Assembly: GCA_944389025.1 (NCBI GenBank)
Contig: CALXKU010000013.1
Coordinates: 2,868-66,867 of the forward strand
DNA: 64,000 bases
Reading direction: 5' to 3'
From: an uncultured Spirochaetaceae bacterium
GTDB taxonomy: Bacteria > Spirochaetota > Spirochaetia > Sphaerochaetales > Sphaerochaetaceae
Positions 47,427 to 56,519 of the stretch are shown here, piece after piece (position 1 is the first letter of the stretch; every line of letters begins with the position of its first letter). The notes under the pieces are model-generated. The model saw only the letters and a program-made list of their open reading frames with translations, did no database searches and was not told the origin of the DNA. The position numbers were made by a program, and so were the translations under genes.

Positions 47427-48914
47427 TCATCTATCCCTGTAACAGTAGCCGAGAACCTGTTCGGAAGTAAGATTCCTGTTCTCAAGGCGTTCCCATGTCT
47501 TTCCGTTCGAAATAACCGTTATGCTGTCTGCAACCTCAAGCATCTCCTTCAGATCGCTTGTCACATATACGACCGCGCTTCCCTCGCTAGCGCACTTGCG
47601 CAGGAGGTCATGAATCTCCTGTCTCGTCTTCACATCCACAGCCTGAGTAGGCTCATCGCATAAGAAGAGTTCAGGCTTTGTCATTAAAGCACGGGCAAAA
47701 ACAGCTTTCTGCTGGTTGCCTCCTGAGAGCTCTCCGACACTCTGGTTCATCCCTTGGCACTGTATGCTCATCTGCTGAATCTTCTCTTCAGCATCCGCCC
47801 TCTCCCCTTTTACATCGTAAAGACCATGTTTAACATAACCATCGATTGAAGAGAGTACGATGTTATCTTTAAGGGATCTTGAGACGACAAGCGAATGCCC
47901 CCTTCTGTCCTCATGAACAAGGACTATACCGTTTTTGATGCATTTCGCAGGAGAAGGTTTATCAAATGGGGAACCGTTGTAGATTATCTTTCCCCCGCTT
48001 TTCTCCCTGAGTCCGTAAAGCGCTTCAAGGCTTTCCGTACGCCCAGATCCTCCGAGGCCGAAGAGTCCCATTATCTCACCGCTATGGGCAGTGAAGGAGA
48101 CATCTTTCACAATACCATCCGAGGTGGAAAGATGCTCCACTCTGAAGACCTCACGCCCAGAGGAAGAGTGAGATCGGTCACGCTCACGGCTGACCCAGTT
48201 ATCCGTCATGAGCCTTACCAGCCCACCCTGATCTATGGCAGATGTGTTAACGGTATCAACAAGCTGTCCGTTCTTGAACACCGTTATCCTCTCCGTCAGC
48301 CCGAAAATCTCCTCAAGCCTATGTGAGACGTAGAGTATCGCAGTCCCGTCCGCATTTATCTTTCTGATAAGGGAGAAGAGTTTCGCGCTCTCCTTATCCG
48401 TAAGCGATGCGGTGGGCTCATCAAGAATCAAGAGTTTTGAGTTGTTCATGACGGAGCGCACGATCTCAAGCATCGTCTTCTGAGAGGGACTGAGCTCACT
48501 GGCCATCTTATCAAGAGGCAGAGTTATACCGTAGGCCTCCATCACGCTCTCGATATTTTTCCTCATGCTCTTGAAATCGATACTCACTCCGTGCCGCTTG
48601 GGAGTATCCATTCCAAGGTAAATGTTCTCAACACCGGAGAAAGAGGGGACGAGGTTCCTGTCCTGGTGTATTACGCTTATTCCTGCCCTGCGACTTTCCA
48701 CCGGATCCGCTATCTCAACTTCCTTTCCTGAGATCAAAATCCTTCCGTCAGTCTTTGGATATACCCCTGTAAGAATCTTTATGAAAGTGGATTTCCCTGC
48801 CCCGTTCTCCCCGACCAGACCATGAATCTCACCCTCTGCTATTTTGAAGTTGATATCCTTTAGGGCATAGAAAGAACCGAATCTCTTGCATAACCCTTCC
48901 GTTTCGATAAGCAT
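47427..48914 (-). CDS. sugar ABC transporter ATP-binding protein (duplicated ABC, RbsA/MglA type)
   Basis: Two ABC halves. The first has GENGAGKST, LSPSQKTM and ILDEPTASL. The second has LSGGNQQK and LCDEPTQAVD. Confidence 0.9.
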   Translation of the reverse strand: MLIETEGLCKRFGSFYALKDINFKIAEGEIHGLVGENGAGKSTFIKILTGVYPKTDGRILISGKEVEIADPVESRRAGISVIHQDRNLVPSFSGVENIYLGMDTPKRHGVSIDFKSMRKNIESVMEAYGITLPLDKMASELSPSQKTMLEIVRSVMNNSKLLILDEPTASLTDKESAKLFSLIRKINADGTAILYVSHRLEEIFGLTERITVFKNGQLVDTVNTSAIDQGGLVRLMTDNWVSRERDRSHSSSGREVFRVEHLSTSDGIVKDVSFTAHSGEIMGLFGLGGSGRTESLEALYGLREKSGGKIIYNGSPFDKPSPAKCIKNGIVLVHEDRRGHSLVVSRSLKDNIVLSSIDGYVKHGLYDVKGERADAEEKIQQMSIQCQGMNQSVGELSGGNQQKAVFARALMTKPELFLCDEPTQAVDVKTRQEIHDLLRKCASEGSAVVYVTSDLKEMLEVADSITVISNGKTWERLENRNLTSEQVLGYCYRDR

Positions 48915-48962
48915 GCATCCCCCTAAATGCAGGATGCCCCCGCAGAGGCATCCTGAATAAAG

Positions 48963-49880
48963 TCAATTTTCAGCCGTAATCAGCAGAGCCGGTACGTACT
49001 GGTTTCCGCTCAGTGCCTCCTCACCATTGAGAAGCTTGATGACTTCCTGAGCGCAGAGACGGGACATTCCCTCAAAGTCCTGAGCGAGTGTCGCTTTGAA
49101 GTTCGTTCCCTGATTTATGAGCTGGACAGCCTGCTCGTTACCATCAACTCCGACTACGATAACCTCATCCCTTCCTGCTTCCATGAGGGCCTGAGTTGCT
49201 CCGATAGCAGGCTCGTCCCATGCGCAGAAGATGGCGGCGAAGCTACCCTTCTCCGGATATGCGGTAAGAATGTTCTCTACGATATCCTTCGCATTGTTAA
49301 TCTGGTTTGGAACATCGCAATGATACTCAGCGATCATTTCGACATCAGGATATTTCGGAAGCTCATCGATCATGGCAAGCGTCCTCTGGACAACGCTCGG
49401 CTGCGGGCGGTGCGTGATATGGAAGAACTTTCCCTTGTTTCCCATCAGGCCAAAGAGGTACTCGCACATCTGCACACCCATCTGATAGTTGTCACTCGTG
49501 GCATTCATCTGCATGCAATCCATGAAGCCCGCATCAACACCGAAGATAGGGATACCTGCATCCGCGGCTTCCTGGATCTGGGTTGCGACCAGGTTCGGAT
49601 CAACGCTGACAATCACAATCGCGTCAACAGCGGAAATCGTCGCGGTCTCGATATCGGAAGCAAGCCTGCTGAGATCGTTCGCAGAATCAAATACGGACAC
49701 CTTCACCCCAGCCGCCTCGAATTCCTCCGTCAGTATGTCAACATCCTGTTTTGTAGTGACTGAAGACATGTACGGTGTACATATGGCAACAGTCTTTTCA
49801 CCGGACTCGGCTGCACCGGATGCGAACAGAATTCCGGTCAATGAAAGCAAACATATAAGCAGAATCAGAACCTTCTTCAT
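48963..49880 (-). CDS. sugar ABC transporter substrate-binding protein (RbsB-like)
   Basis: From ATG 49880 (5 nt after GGAGG) the product starts MKKVLILLICLLSLTGILFASG, a signal peptide. It has a periplasmic-binding-protein type I fold pattern. Confidence 0.85.
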   Translation of the reverse strand: MKKVLILLICLLSLTGILFASGAAESGEKTVAICTPYMSSVTTKQDVDILTEEFEAAGVKVSVFDSANDLSRLASDIETATISAVDAIVIVSVDPNLVATQIQEAADAGIPIFGVDAGFMDCMQMNATSDNYQMGVQMCEYLFGLMGNKGKFFHITHRPQPSVVQRTLAMIDELPKYPDVEMIAEYHCDVPNQINNAKDIVENILTAYPEKGSFAAIFCAWDEPAIGATQALMEAGRDEVIVVGVDGNEQAVQLINQGTNFKATLAQDFEGMSRLCAQEVIKLLNGEEALSGNQYVPALLITAEN

Positions 49881-49900
49881 TTTTTCCTCCTTTTTGACGG

Positions 49901-50848
49901 TCATGCCGTCACCGTTCCGATTATATTTCTTGCGGTCTCAAGAGATGTGATCAGCACGTCTATCACACCGGCCTTGAGAACCGCTTTTATGGCTTCAGCC
50001 TTATCGCGACCAGAGGCTATTGCAATAACCTTTGACCCCTGTATGTCATTGATTGATGCACCTATCATCCTGTCACTCAGGCTTGTGCGTAGAACATTGC
50101 CATCGGCATCAAGATAGGAAGAACAGATACTTGATACCGCATGCAAAGCCCTGAGGGAATTTAAATCCTCATCGGTCAAGCCTCCGGCAAGAGCACCAGT
50201 GGAAGAGGCATCAACATTTCCGATTCCGACAAGCGAGACATCACAGGTTGGGATGAGATCCAGCACTTTCCTGACGCTCGGCTCTGCGACGAAAGCATTC
50301 TTCGCCTCCACGCTGTTTGCAAAATTCGGAGCGGTGAAGACGTAATAGCGGCCATTGGATTTCGCTGCCATCTCCTGGGCTATAACATTCGCATACCAGT
50401 CAGTCCCATTACTGGAGAAACCTCCACAGAGGGGGACATATTCAAAACCGTGCTTCTTTGTCACAGGAATGCTGTCAGCAATGAATTTTACGGTACGGCT
50501 ACTCATGAGCCCCACCCTGTAACCATCCTTTATCTCTATTGCAAGGTAATCGGCAGCCTTGCCGGCAAGGAGCCTCATCTCGGTCTCTCCGAATGAATTT
50601 CCAAGGTCGAACACAACCGCCTCAAGTCCGTATTCATCCCGGATCAGATCCTGGTAATGGGCCTCAAAGGAGTTCGGATAATTGAAACGGACCGTAACAA
50701 GATTCCTCTCGTTGGCTATCGCTATTATCCTCGAAATCTGAGGTCTTGATATCCCGAGCTTTGCGGAAATCTCCTTCTGGCTCAATCCGTCCCTGTAATA
50801 CAGCTCGCAGACTCTAAAGATGTATTTAGTGTTATCAAGAACGCTCAT
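49901..50848 (-). CDS. SorC/DeoR-family transcriptional regulator
   Basis: N-terminal HTH (YYRDGLSQKEISAKLGISRPQISR) plus a sugar-phosphate-binding SorC domain. 315 aa. Confidence 0.85.
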   Translation of the reverse strand: MSVLDNTKYIFRVCELYYRDGLSQKEISAKLGISRPQISRIIAIANERNLVTVRFNYPNSFEAHYQDLIRDEYGLEAVVFDLGNSFGETEMRLLAGKAADYLAIEIKDGYRVGLMSSRTVKFIADSIPVTKKHGFEYVPLCGGFSSNGTDWYANVIAQEMAAKSNGRYYVFTAPNFANSVEAKNAFVAEPSVRKVLDLIPTCDVSLVGIGNVDASSTGALAGGLTDEDLNSLRALHAVSSICSSYLDADGNVLRTSLSDRMIGASINDIQGSKVIAIASGRDKAEAIKAVLKAGVIDVLITSLETARNIIGTVTA

Positions 50849-50859
50849 ATCCGACCTCT

Positions 50860-50949
50860 GAAATTAATTTCAATGCATGAATTAATTTCCTATAAGAATT
50901 TTCCTTTACAGTTAATGAGTTGTAAACAAAAATTTCAGAAATAAATTTC
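50860..50949. promoter_or_regulatory. cluster of GAAAT/ATTTC half-site palindromes upstream of sorC (candidate operator array)
   Basis: GAAATTAATTTC (50860-50871, perfect), GAATTAATTTC (50879-50889) and AATTTCAGAAATAAATTTC (50931-50949). The first lies 12 nt upstream of the sorC ATG, next to its GAGG RBS. Confidence 0.35.
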
Positions 50950-51726
50950 ACTTCTTATGGCTTTAATAATCCTTCTGACGAAAGACCTCACATGATCTGG
51001 AGAATCCTTCCCATACTCTGCGATGATTCTAACAATCGCAGATCCGATTATCACCCCATCGGAGAGAGAGGCCATTGCTTTTGCCGACTCCTCATCCGAG
51101 ATACCGAATCCTATCGCGACAGGGATATCGGGACGCACGCTTCTAACAGAATCTATCATTCGCCCGATATTTGAAGAGAAGCTTTTCCTGACACCTGTCA
51201 CTCCGAGGGAAGAGACACAGTAAATGAAACCTGTTGCATCGGCAGCTATCATGCGGATCCTCTCATCACTTGTCGGTGCGATGAGGGAGATCAGGGCTAT
51301 TCCATGGCTCTCAGCAACAAAGGAGAACTCATCTTTCTCCTCATATGGGACATCTGGAAGAATCAAAGCACAAAAACCCGCCTTCTCCATCCTTGAAAGG
51401 AAAGCCTCCGTACCATAGGAGAATACGACATTGGCATAAGTCATGATTGCAAGAGGGACATCAATTCCTTCCGCTCTGAGAGATTGCACCATCTCAAAGA
51501 CATCATCCGAACTCACTCCAGTCATCAGCCCTCTCTGATTAGCCTCCTGAATCACAGGCCCCTCGGCCATCGGATCAGAGAACGGTATTCCCAGCTCAAT
51601 CAGGCTTGCCCCCTCCTCTGCCATCGCCCTTATTATTTCCTTGCTTGTCTCGATATCAGGATCTGCTACCGTAATGAACGGAATGAACGCCTTCCCTTTG
51701 GAAAATACTCTTTTTATATCACTCAT
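50935..51726 (-). CDS. trpA: tryptophan synthase alpha chain
   Basis: Full-length collinearity with TrpA (FIPF.T..DP, ELG.PFSDP, Y.N.V, GFGIS, G.I.GSAIV). ATG 51726 overlaps the trpB stop (ATGAGTGA). Confidence 0.9.
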   Translation of the reverse strand: MSDIKRVFSKGKAFIPFITVADPDIETSKEIIRAMAEEGASLIELGIPFSDPMAEGPVIQEANQRGLMTGVSSDDVFEMVQSLRAEGIDVPLAIMTYANVVFSYGTEAFLSRMEKAGFCALILPDVPYEEKDEFSFVAESHGIALISLIAPTSDERIRMIAADATGFIYCVSSLGVTGVRKSFSSNIGRMIDSVRSVRPDIPVAIGFGISDEESAKAMASLSDGVIIGSAIVRIIAEYGKDSPDHVRSFVRRIIKAIRSEIYF

Positions 51727-52900
51727 AGATGTTCCTCCCCCTGTACCTTGCAATTGCCGCAGTATCCTTGTCCCCTCTTCCTGAAATGTTCACTACGATG
51801 ATCTGGTCCCTGCTCATCTTCGGTGCAAGCTTGATGGCATAAGAGACCGCATGTGCCGATTCGATTGCGGGGATTATGCCCTCGGTGCGCGAAAGATACT
51901 CAAAAGCGTTTACCGCCTCATCATCCGTGATTGGAACATACTCCGCTCGCCCGACTGATGCCAGATACGCATGCTCCGGTCCGATTCCAGGATAATCGAG
52001 ACCGGCAGAGATTGAGTAAACAGGAGCAATCTGCCCATGTTCATCCTGACAGAATATGCTCTTCATCCCGTGAAATATCCCCACTCGTCCAGTTGCCATT
52101 GTCGCTGCCGTATCACAAGAATCGACACCTCTGCCCGCAGCCTCGCAACCTATAAGGCGCACACTCTCATCTTCAATGAAATGGTAGAAAGCCCCTATCG
52201 CATTCGAGCCACCACCGACACATGCGATTACTGCATCCGGAAGACGGCCTTCCTTTTCGAGAATCTGCTCCTTGATTTCAGCAGATATCACAGCTTGGAA
52301 ATCACGAACCATGGTGGGAAACGGGTGCGGCCCCATTACCGACCCTATAACATAATGGGTATCGCTGATCCTCTTCGTCCATTCACGGAATGTCTCACTC
52401 ACCGCATCTTTGAGCGTTGCCGTCCCTGAATCGACTGGATGCACCTTAGCCCCCAGCAGCTCCATCCTGTATACGTTAAGAGCCTGACGCTCGGTATCAA
52501 GGCGTCCCATGAATATCTCACACTCCATGCTTAAAAGAGCGGCTGCGGTTGCGGTTGCAACACCGTGCTGTCCGGCTCCCGTCTCTGCGATAAGACGGGT
52601 CTTCCCCATCTTCTTTGCAAGCAGTGCCTGTCCCAGCGCGTTATTGATCTTATGAGCTCCGGTATGATTAAGGTCCTCCCTTTTAAGGTATATCTTCGCA
52701 CCTCCGAGATCCCGTGTCATATTCGCCGCATAATACAGCCTTGACGGCCTGGATGCATATTCATTGAGCAGATACTGAAGCTCACTTCTGAATTCAGGAT
52801 CATCCTTGAAACGCTCATATGCCTCATTCAGCTCCAAAACCGCATTCATCAGCGTCTCAGGGATATACATGCCACCATATTCTCCGAATCTCACACTCAT
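51719..52900 (-). CDS. trpB: tryptophan synthase beta chain
   Basis: FGEYGG.YIPE, the PLP-lysine block [19 protein letters not shown] and GGGSNA. ATG 52900 lies 6 nt after GGAG; the track start is TTG 52912. Confidence 0.95.
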   Translation of the reverse strand: MSVRFGEYGGMYIPETLMNAVLELNEAYERFKDDPEFRSELQYLLNEYASRPSRLYYAANMTRDLGGAKIYLKREDLNHTGAHKINNALGQALLAKKMGKTRLIAETGAGQHGVATATAAALLSMECEIFMGRLDTERQALNVYRMELLGAKVHPVDSGTATLKDAVSETFREWTKRISDTHYVIGSVMGPHPFPTMVRDFQAVISAEIKEQILEKEGRLPDAVIACVGGGSNAIGAFYHFIEDESVRLIGCEAAGRGVDSCDTAATMATGRVGIFHGMKSIFCQDEHGQIAPVYSISAGLDYPGIGPEHAYLASVGRAEYVPITDDEAVNAFEYLSRTEGIIPAIESAHAVSYAIKLAPKMSRDQIIVVNISGRGDKDTAAIARYRGRNIYE

Positions 52901-53133
52901 ATAAAACTCCAAACGATGGAAATATTGTTACTATGTACAATAACAAGAATGGGAACAAGATGTCAATTACTATTAATAGAAACATAATTAAATTTAGAAT
53001 TGTTTCCAACTGTTCAATGAGAAATGTGTGGATTTGTCAGTCAAAATTAGAAAAGAAGAATGGCTAAACGGGAAATGCTCAGAGATGGAAAGCATTTTAT
53101 AAGATGCGTTTCCCGCCGCCATTCTCGAAAAAC

Positions 53134-53320
53134 TTATAGATGCTTAGAAAAGAACGAGAGTGCATTCTCCTGCTCTTTTAGCCTGAAATCATGGGCACAG
53201 TCCTCCATAATGGAGCAAAAGTTCTCTGGAACACCAAGACTCTCATACTCAGAGATAACACTATCGGAGAGTTTCTTTACGCTATCGTACGGAAATATAG
53301 CATCATTTTTTTCCATAAAG
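53134..53320 (-). pseudogene. 3'-terminal remnant of an alpha/beta-hydrolase (esterase-like) gene
   Basis: The last 60 or so codons read FMEKNDAIFPYDSVKKL...YESLGVPENFCSIMEDCAHDF...FFSKHL. This is the usual C-terminal Asp...His segment of dienelactone-hydrolase-type esterases. There is no N-terminal nucleophile domain upstream. Confidence 0.4.
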
Positions 53321-53476
53321 CAGAAAGGCGGGGCAATCATATTCGTAAGCTCAGATATCGAGGAGCTTCTTGGCATGGCAGACAGGATAATGGTAATCTC
53401 GCATGGCCAGATTGCTCTTGATGAGAATGCAAACCTCCTTACGAAAGAAGCCCTTCTTAAAGCTGTAGGATACTGA
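53321..53476 (+). pseudogene. 3'-terminal remnant of a sugar-type ABC ATPase gene
   Basis: KGGAIIFVSSDIEELLGMADRIMVISHGQI is the D-loop/H-loop tail of RbsA/MglA-type ATPases. The Walker A, signature and Walker B parts are absent, and the upstream part of the ORF is antisense to the esterase remnant. Confidence 0.5.
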
Positions 53477-53516
53477 AAAGGCAGGGGAAGATTCCTCATC
53501 CCCCACCTTAAACAAT

Positions 53517-54530
53517 TCAGAGAGGATTTCTTTCAAGTTCCTGGAGAATTTCTTCAAAGCAGCATGTGGCAAGGCAGACATACTGGTCCGCACCACCATA
53601 ATAGACGAACAGTTTTCCATCAATCACAACATTGCCACATGGGAAGCATATACCCTTGTAGATTCCCTTAGTCTCATAATCATATTCCGGAGTGAGTATG
53701 GGCTCTGGGAGGCGATGGGTAACACGGGATGGATCATCTGTGTCCAGCAGCATAGCCCCTACCCTGTATTTATTATCTGGACCAACTGCATGGTAGAGCA
53801 TGAACCACCCTCTGTCGGTTCTTATAGGTGGGGCGCTTCCTCCGATCTTCACCTCCCAGTCATACTGTGCCGTAGCAAGAAGTTTAAGCTCCTTATGCTC
53901 GAGCAGGTCGTCTGAAAATGCGATCCATATCGCAGGATTTGCTGTTCCATACTCATCACCAACCCATTCCATCGGACGATGAAGAGTGACGAATTTGCCA
54001 TGAACCTTCTCAGGAAAGATTATGACATCCCGGTCATCGACCATAGCATCGGTAAGATAGCCCGGACGGTAAATCGTTTTGAAATCCCTGGTAATAGCAA
54101 GACCGGTGCGAGTTGCGTTCTCCCTCAGTATTTTCGGAGCATTCGGAGTAAGATCTTTCAGTGTTTCACGGCCGCCGTTTATCCAGTAACGGCCCGGAGG
54201 GGTTGGGACTGCCGCATATGTGATGAAATACCAGTCGTCCATTTTTATCAGACGTGGGTCTTCAATGCTACCGCCATCCCACGTGCCAGGAACCTTCTCA
54301 AATATGGGCTTGTCCGATAACCTTTCAAACTCATATCCATCACGACTTACAGCAAGTGCGATATTCACATTGTGTTCAGCATCATCACCTGCGGCTCTGT
54401 AAAGAAGTATTACTTCCCCGTTCTTCTCGTCATACCACGCTCCGGGATTAGTACAGACAAGGCTTTCCCACTCACGCTCCGGGCTGGGGGAAAGTATGGG
54501 ATTACCCTTGTATTTTTCAAGCTTCATCAT
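53517..54530 (-). CDS. GH130-family glycoside phosphorylase/hydrolase (beta-mannoside type)
   Basis: YKGNPIL, NPGA, LLYRA, ALAVS.DG..FER and EDPR blocks are typical of GH130. 337 aa, no signal peptide. Confidence 0.75.
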   Translation of the reverse strand: MMKLEKYKGNPILSPSPEREWESLVCTNPGAWYDEKNGEVILLYRAAGDDAEHNVNIALAVSRDGYEFERLSDKPIFEKVPGTWDGGSIEDPRLIKMDDWYFITYAAVPTPPGRYWINGGRETLKDLTPNAPKILRENATRTGLAITRDFKTIYRPGYLTDAMVDDRDVIIFPEKVHGKFVTLHRPMEWVGDEYGTANPAIWIAFSDDLLEHKELKLLATAQYDWEVKIGGSAPPIRTDRGWFMLYHAVGPDNKYRVGAMLLDTDDPSRVTHRLPEPILTPEYDYETKGIYKGICFPCGNVVIDGKLFVYYGGADQYVCLATCCFEEILQELERNPL

Positions 54531-54537
54531 CTCCTCC

Positions 54538-55848
54538 TCAGTCTTTTACACCTGGCAGATAGGCACCCATTTGCTTAAGTTTTCCCTGAAGCGTCCTGAC
54601 AGAAATCTCCCTAGGAGAACTTTCACGGGAAAGAGCGGCCGCAGCACCGGCTGCCATTCCAGTGATGAAACAGCATGGCATTACGCGTGTCGATCCGTTC
54701 ATCTCACGACTCGTACTTATACATCGGCCTGCGACCAGAAGATTGCTGGTACCTTTGGGCAGTAGGCAGCGATACGGGATTCCATAGCTGTTTCCCAGTC
54801 CGTACCCCTTCAGATAATTCTCCTCATACTTCGTCTTTGCAGCCCCTGGGGAGACCGGATGAAGGTCTATCGGATAGCAGTAACGACCTATCTCATCATC
54901 AAAGGACGCTCTCTTCTCATAATCCTCCGCACTGAGGACGTACTCACCTATTATTCTTCGCGTCTCTCTGAATCCGAGCTGACTCCCTGTTGATACGATT
55001 TTTGCTTTTTCATAGCCTTCAAGATAATGATTGTAATAATATTCGTACTCAGGTAGACGTTTACGGGCATCAATAATACCTTTCGTGATATCCTTCTCAT
55101 CCGTTCCATCCACGGAGAACACATGGCCTATGTTACCCCCTCCCATGTCGGATGGAAGATGCCACATGCCAGGCAGGCTTGTATCCCTCACACTGAAGAC
55201 ATTATCTTTGAAAGCCTCTTCCAGCTTGCGGTTATCAGGATCCTCGCCTACGATGACTAAAGCCTTTTTCCAGTCGATATCACTCCAGAGACTGCATAGC
55301 GTCGCAGGCATCATCCTGCCAGAGATATCTCCTTTCTCCGCAGCTGCCCCAGCCATGACTGCGAGAGTGCCATCTCCTGTAGAGTCTATATAAGTATGGG
55401 CCTCTACGGCGAAAAGCTCCTCATGGCCTTGAAGGATTACGGAACTGATCGCACCATTGGCAGTCTCAACCCCTACGAGTCTGGTATCAAAAAGGAAATC
55501 AGAGCCAGAAGATACCATCATATCATCATAGATCCTTTTGAGCTTCTCTATATCGATAGGAAGTTCTATCACTCTGAAATCGGTAGAGGAACCGTAAAGA
55601 GCGTCAAAGACTTCCCTCCCTATTCCACCTGGAAGAAAATTCACACCATCTGAGAAACGCATGAATGCAGGAACCGCGGAAAGGGCTGCAGCCCCTCCGA
55701 AGCACTGTGATTTCTCAGCAAGGAACACGCTTGCTCCCATGCGGGATGCAGTCACAGCTGCGGCGATACCGGCAGGACCTCCTCCTGCTATGAACACATC
55801 GACCTGTTTTCTGACAGGTATTCTTCTTTCAAATCTGATTTCCTTCAT
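54538..55848 (-). CDS. FAD-dependent oxidoreductase
   Basis: Rossmann dinucleotide motif DVFIAGGGPAGIAAA at the N-terminus. About 436 aa, with a C-terminal GR..S....G..R motif as in the FAD_oxidored/GIDA-like family. Confidence 0.75.
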   Translation of the reverse strand: MKEIRFERRIPVRKQVDVFIAGGGPAGIAAAVTASRMGASVFLAEKSQCFGGAAALSAVPAFMRFSDGVNFLPGGIGREVFDALYGSSTDFRVIELPIDIEKLKRIYDDMMVSSGSDFLFDTRLVGVETANGAISSVILQGHEELFAVEAHTYIDSTGDGTLAVMAGAAAEKGDISGRMMPATLCSLWSDIDWKKALVIVGEDPDNRKLEEAFKDNVFSVRDTSLPGMWHLPSDMGGGNIGHVFSVDGTDEKDITKGIIDARKRLPEYEYYYNHYLEGYEKAKIVSTGSQLGFRETRRIIGEYVLSAEDYEKRASFDDEIGRYCYPIDLHPVSPGAAKTKYEENYLKGYGLGNSYGIPYRCLLPKGTSNLLVAGRCISTSREMNGSTRVMPCCFITGMAAGAAAALSRESSPREISVRTLQGKLKQMGAYLPGVKD

Positions 55849-56495
55849 GGAGTACCTCCTTTTCCCTTATCGACAAGAGCGCGCATCCTTGAGAAGAATG
55901 ATGAGAAGTCGTCCTCTTTTAACGCCCCTGTATTATAGAGATAGATATAATCGTAAAAATTAGGCAGCCATGGCAGGTCCTTCATCCCCTTGGCGAACCT
56001 GTGTGCGGCTATCTCGCTACATCGTGTTATATGAGACAAATGCTCATGAGAGAAAAACTTCCAGAGCCTTACAGGCTCGAGGCTGTCACTGACATAACCG
56101 TTTTTCTCTTCAAGCACATGGAAAAGCTCATGATAGACATGCGTATCAAGAGCATCTTCGATATTAAGGCAGGGCTCGCCATCCCAGGAGCTGTTCTCAG
56201 CGAGAGAAGCGATGCTTTCTTTATAGACATATATCACTGCTCTGCCTCCTTCGAACATCGTCTGTCCTCTGAGGTTCACAGTCCCAAGACGTTCACTTTT
56301 ATCCTCAACCACGAGAGAAACGTCAAGCTCAGAGCATAACTGATCAACACTCATGCCCCCATACTTCTTGGCCTGAGCATCCCCCGCCTTAAGAGCTTCT
56401 TCTATATAATAGAGATATCTGTTTTCAGGGATCTTTCCGAAAACTGCATCCGCAGACAGTTCTGCCATGGCAAGTACAATATCATCGGGGACCAT
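55845..56495 (-). CDS. hypothetical protein with HExxH motif (putative zinc metallopeptidase-like)
   Basis: HELFH lies in a helical context (THVYHELFHVLEE). ATGA overlap with the FAD oxidoreductase gene. No other family recognised. Confidence 0.45.
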   Translation of the reverse strand: MVPDDIVLAMAELSADAVFGKIPENRYLYYIEEALKAGDAQAKKYGGMSVDQLCSELDVSLVVEDKSERLGTVNLRGQTMFEGGRAVIYVYKESIASLAENSSWDGEPCLNIEDALDTHVYHELFHVLEEKNGYVSDSLEPVRLWKFFSHEHLSHITRCSEIAAHRFAKGMKDLPWLPNFYDYIYLYNTGALKEDDFSSFFSRMRALVDKGKGGTP

Positions 56496-56519
56496 CCAAA
56501 AACTCCTATTTCTGGCATA

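Noticed and set aside
46854-47663. 269-aa plus-strand ORF, plus 46451..47062
   Set aside because: Both are antisense to the RbsC-type permease and the RbsA-type ATPase, with no motifs and no RBS.
52901-53133. T-box, attenuator or leader peptide upstream of trpB
   Set aside because: I found no Trp-codon-rich leader ORF, no T-box specifier/antiterminator pattern and no repeated GAG/UAG triplets. There is only an imperfect hairpin (53087-53113) without a T-run.
53060-53476. 138-aa ORF as an intact gene
   Set aside because: Only its last 50 residues or so look like protein (the tail of an ABC ATPase). The first 87 or so are antisense to an esterase-like remnant. It is reported instead as two gene fragments.
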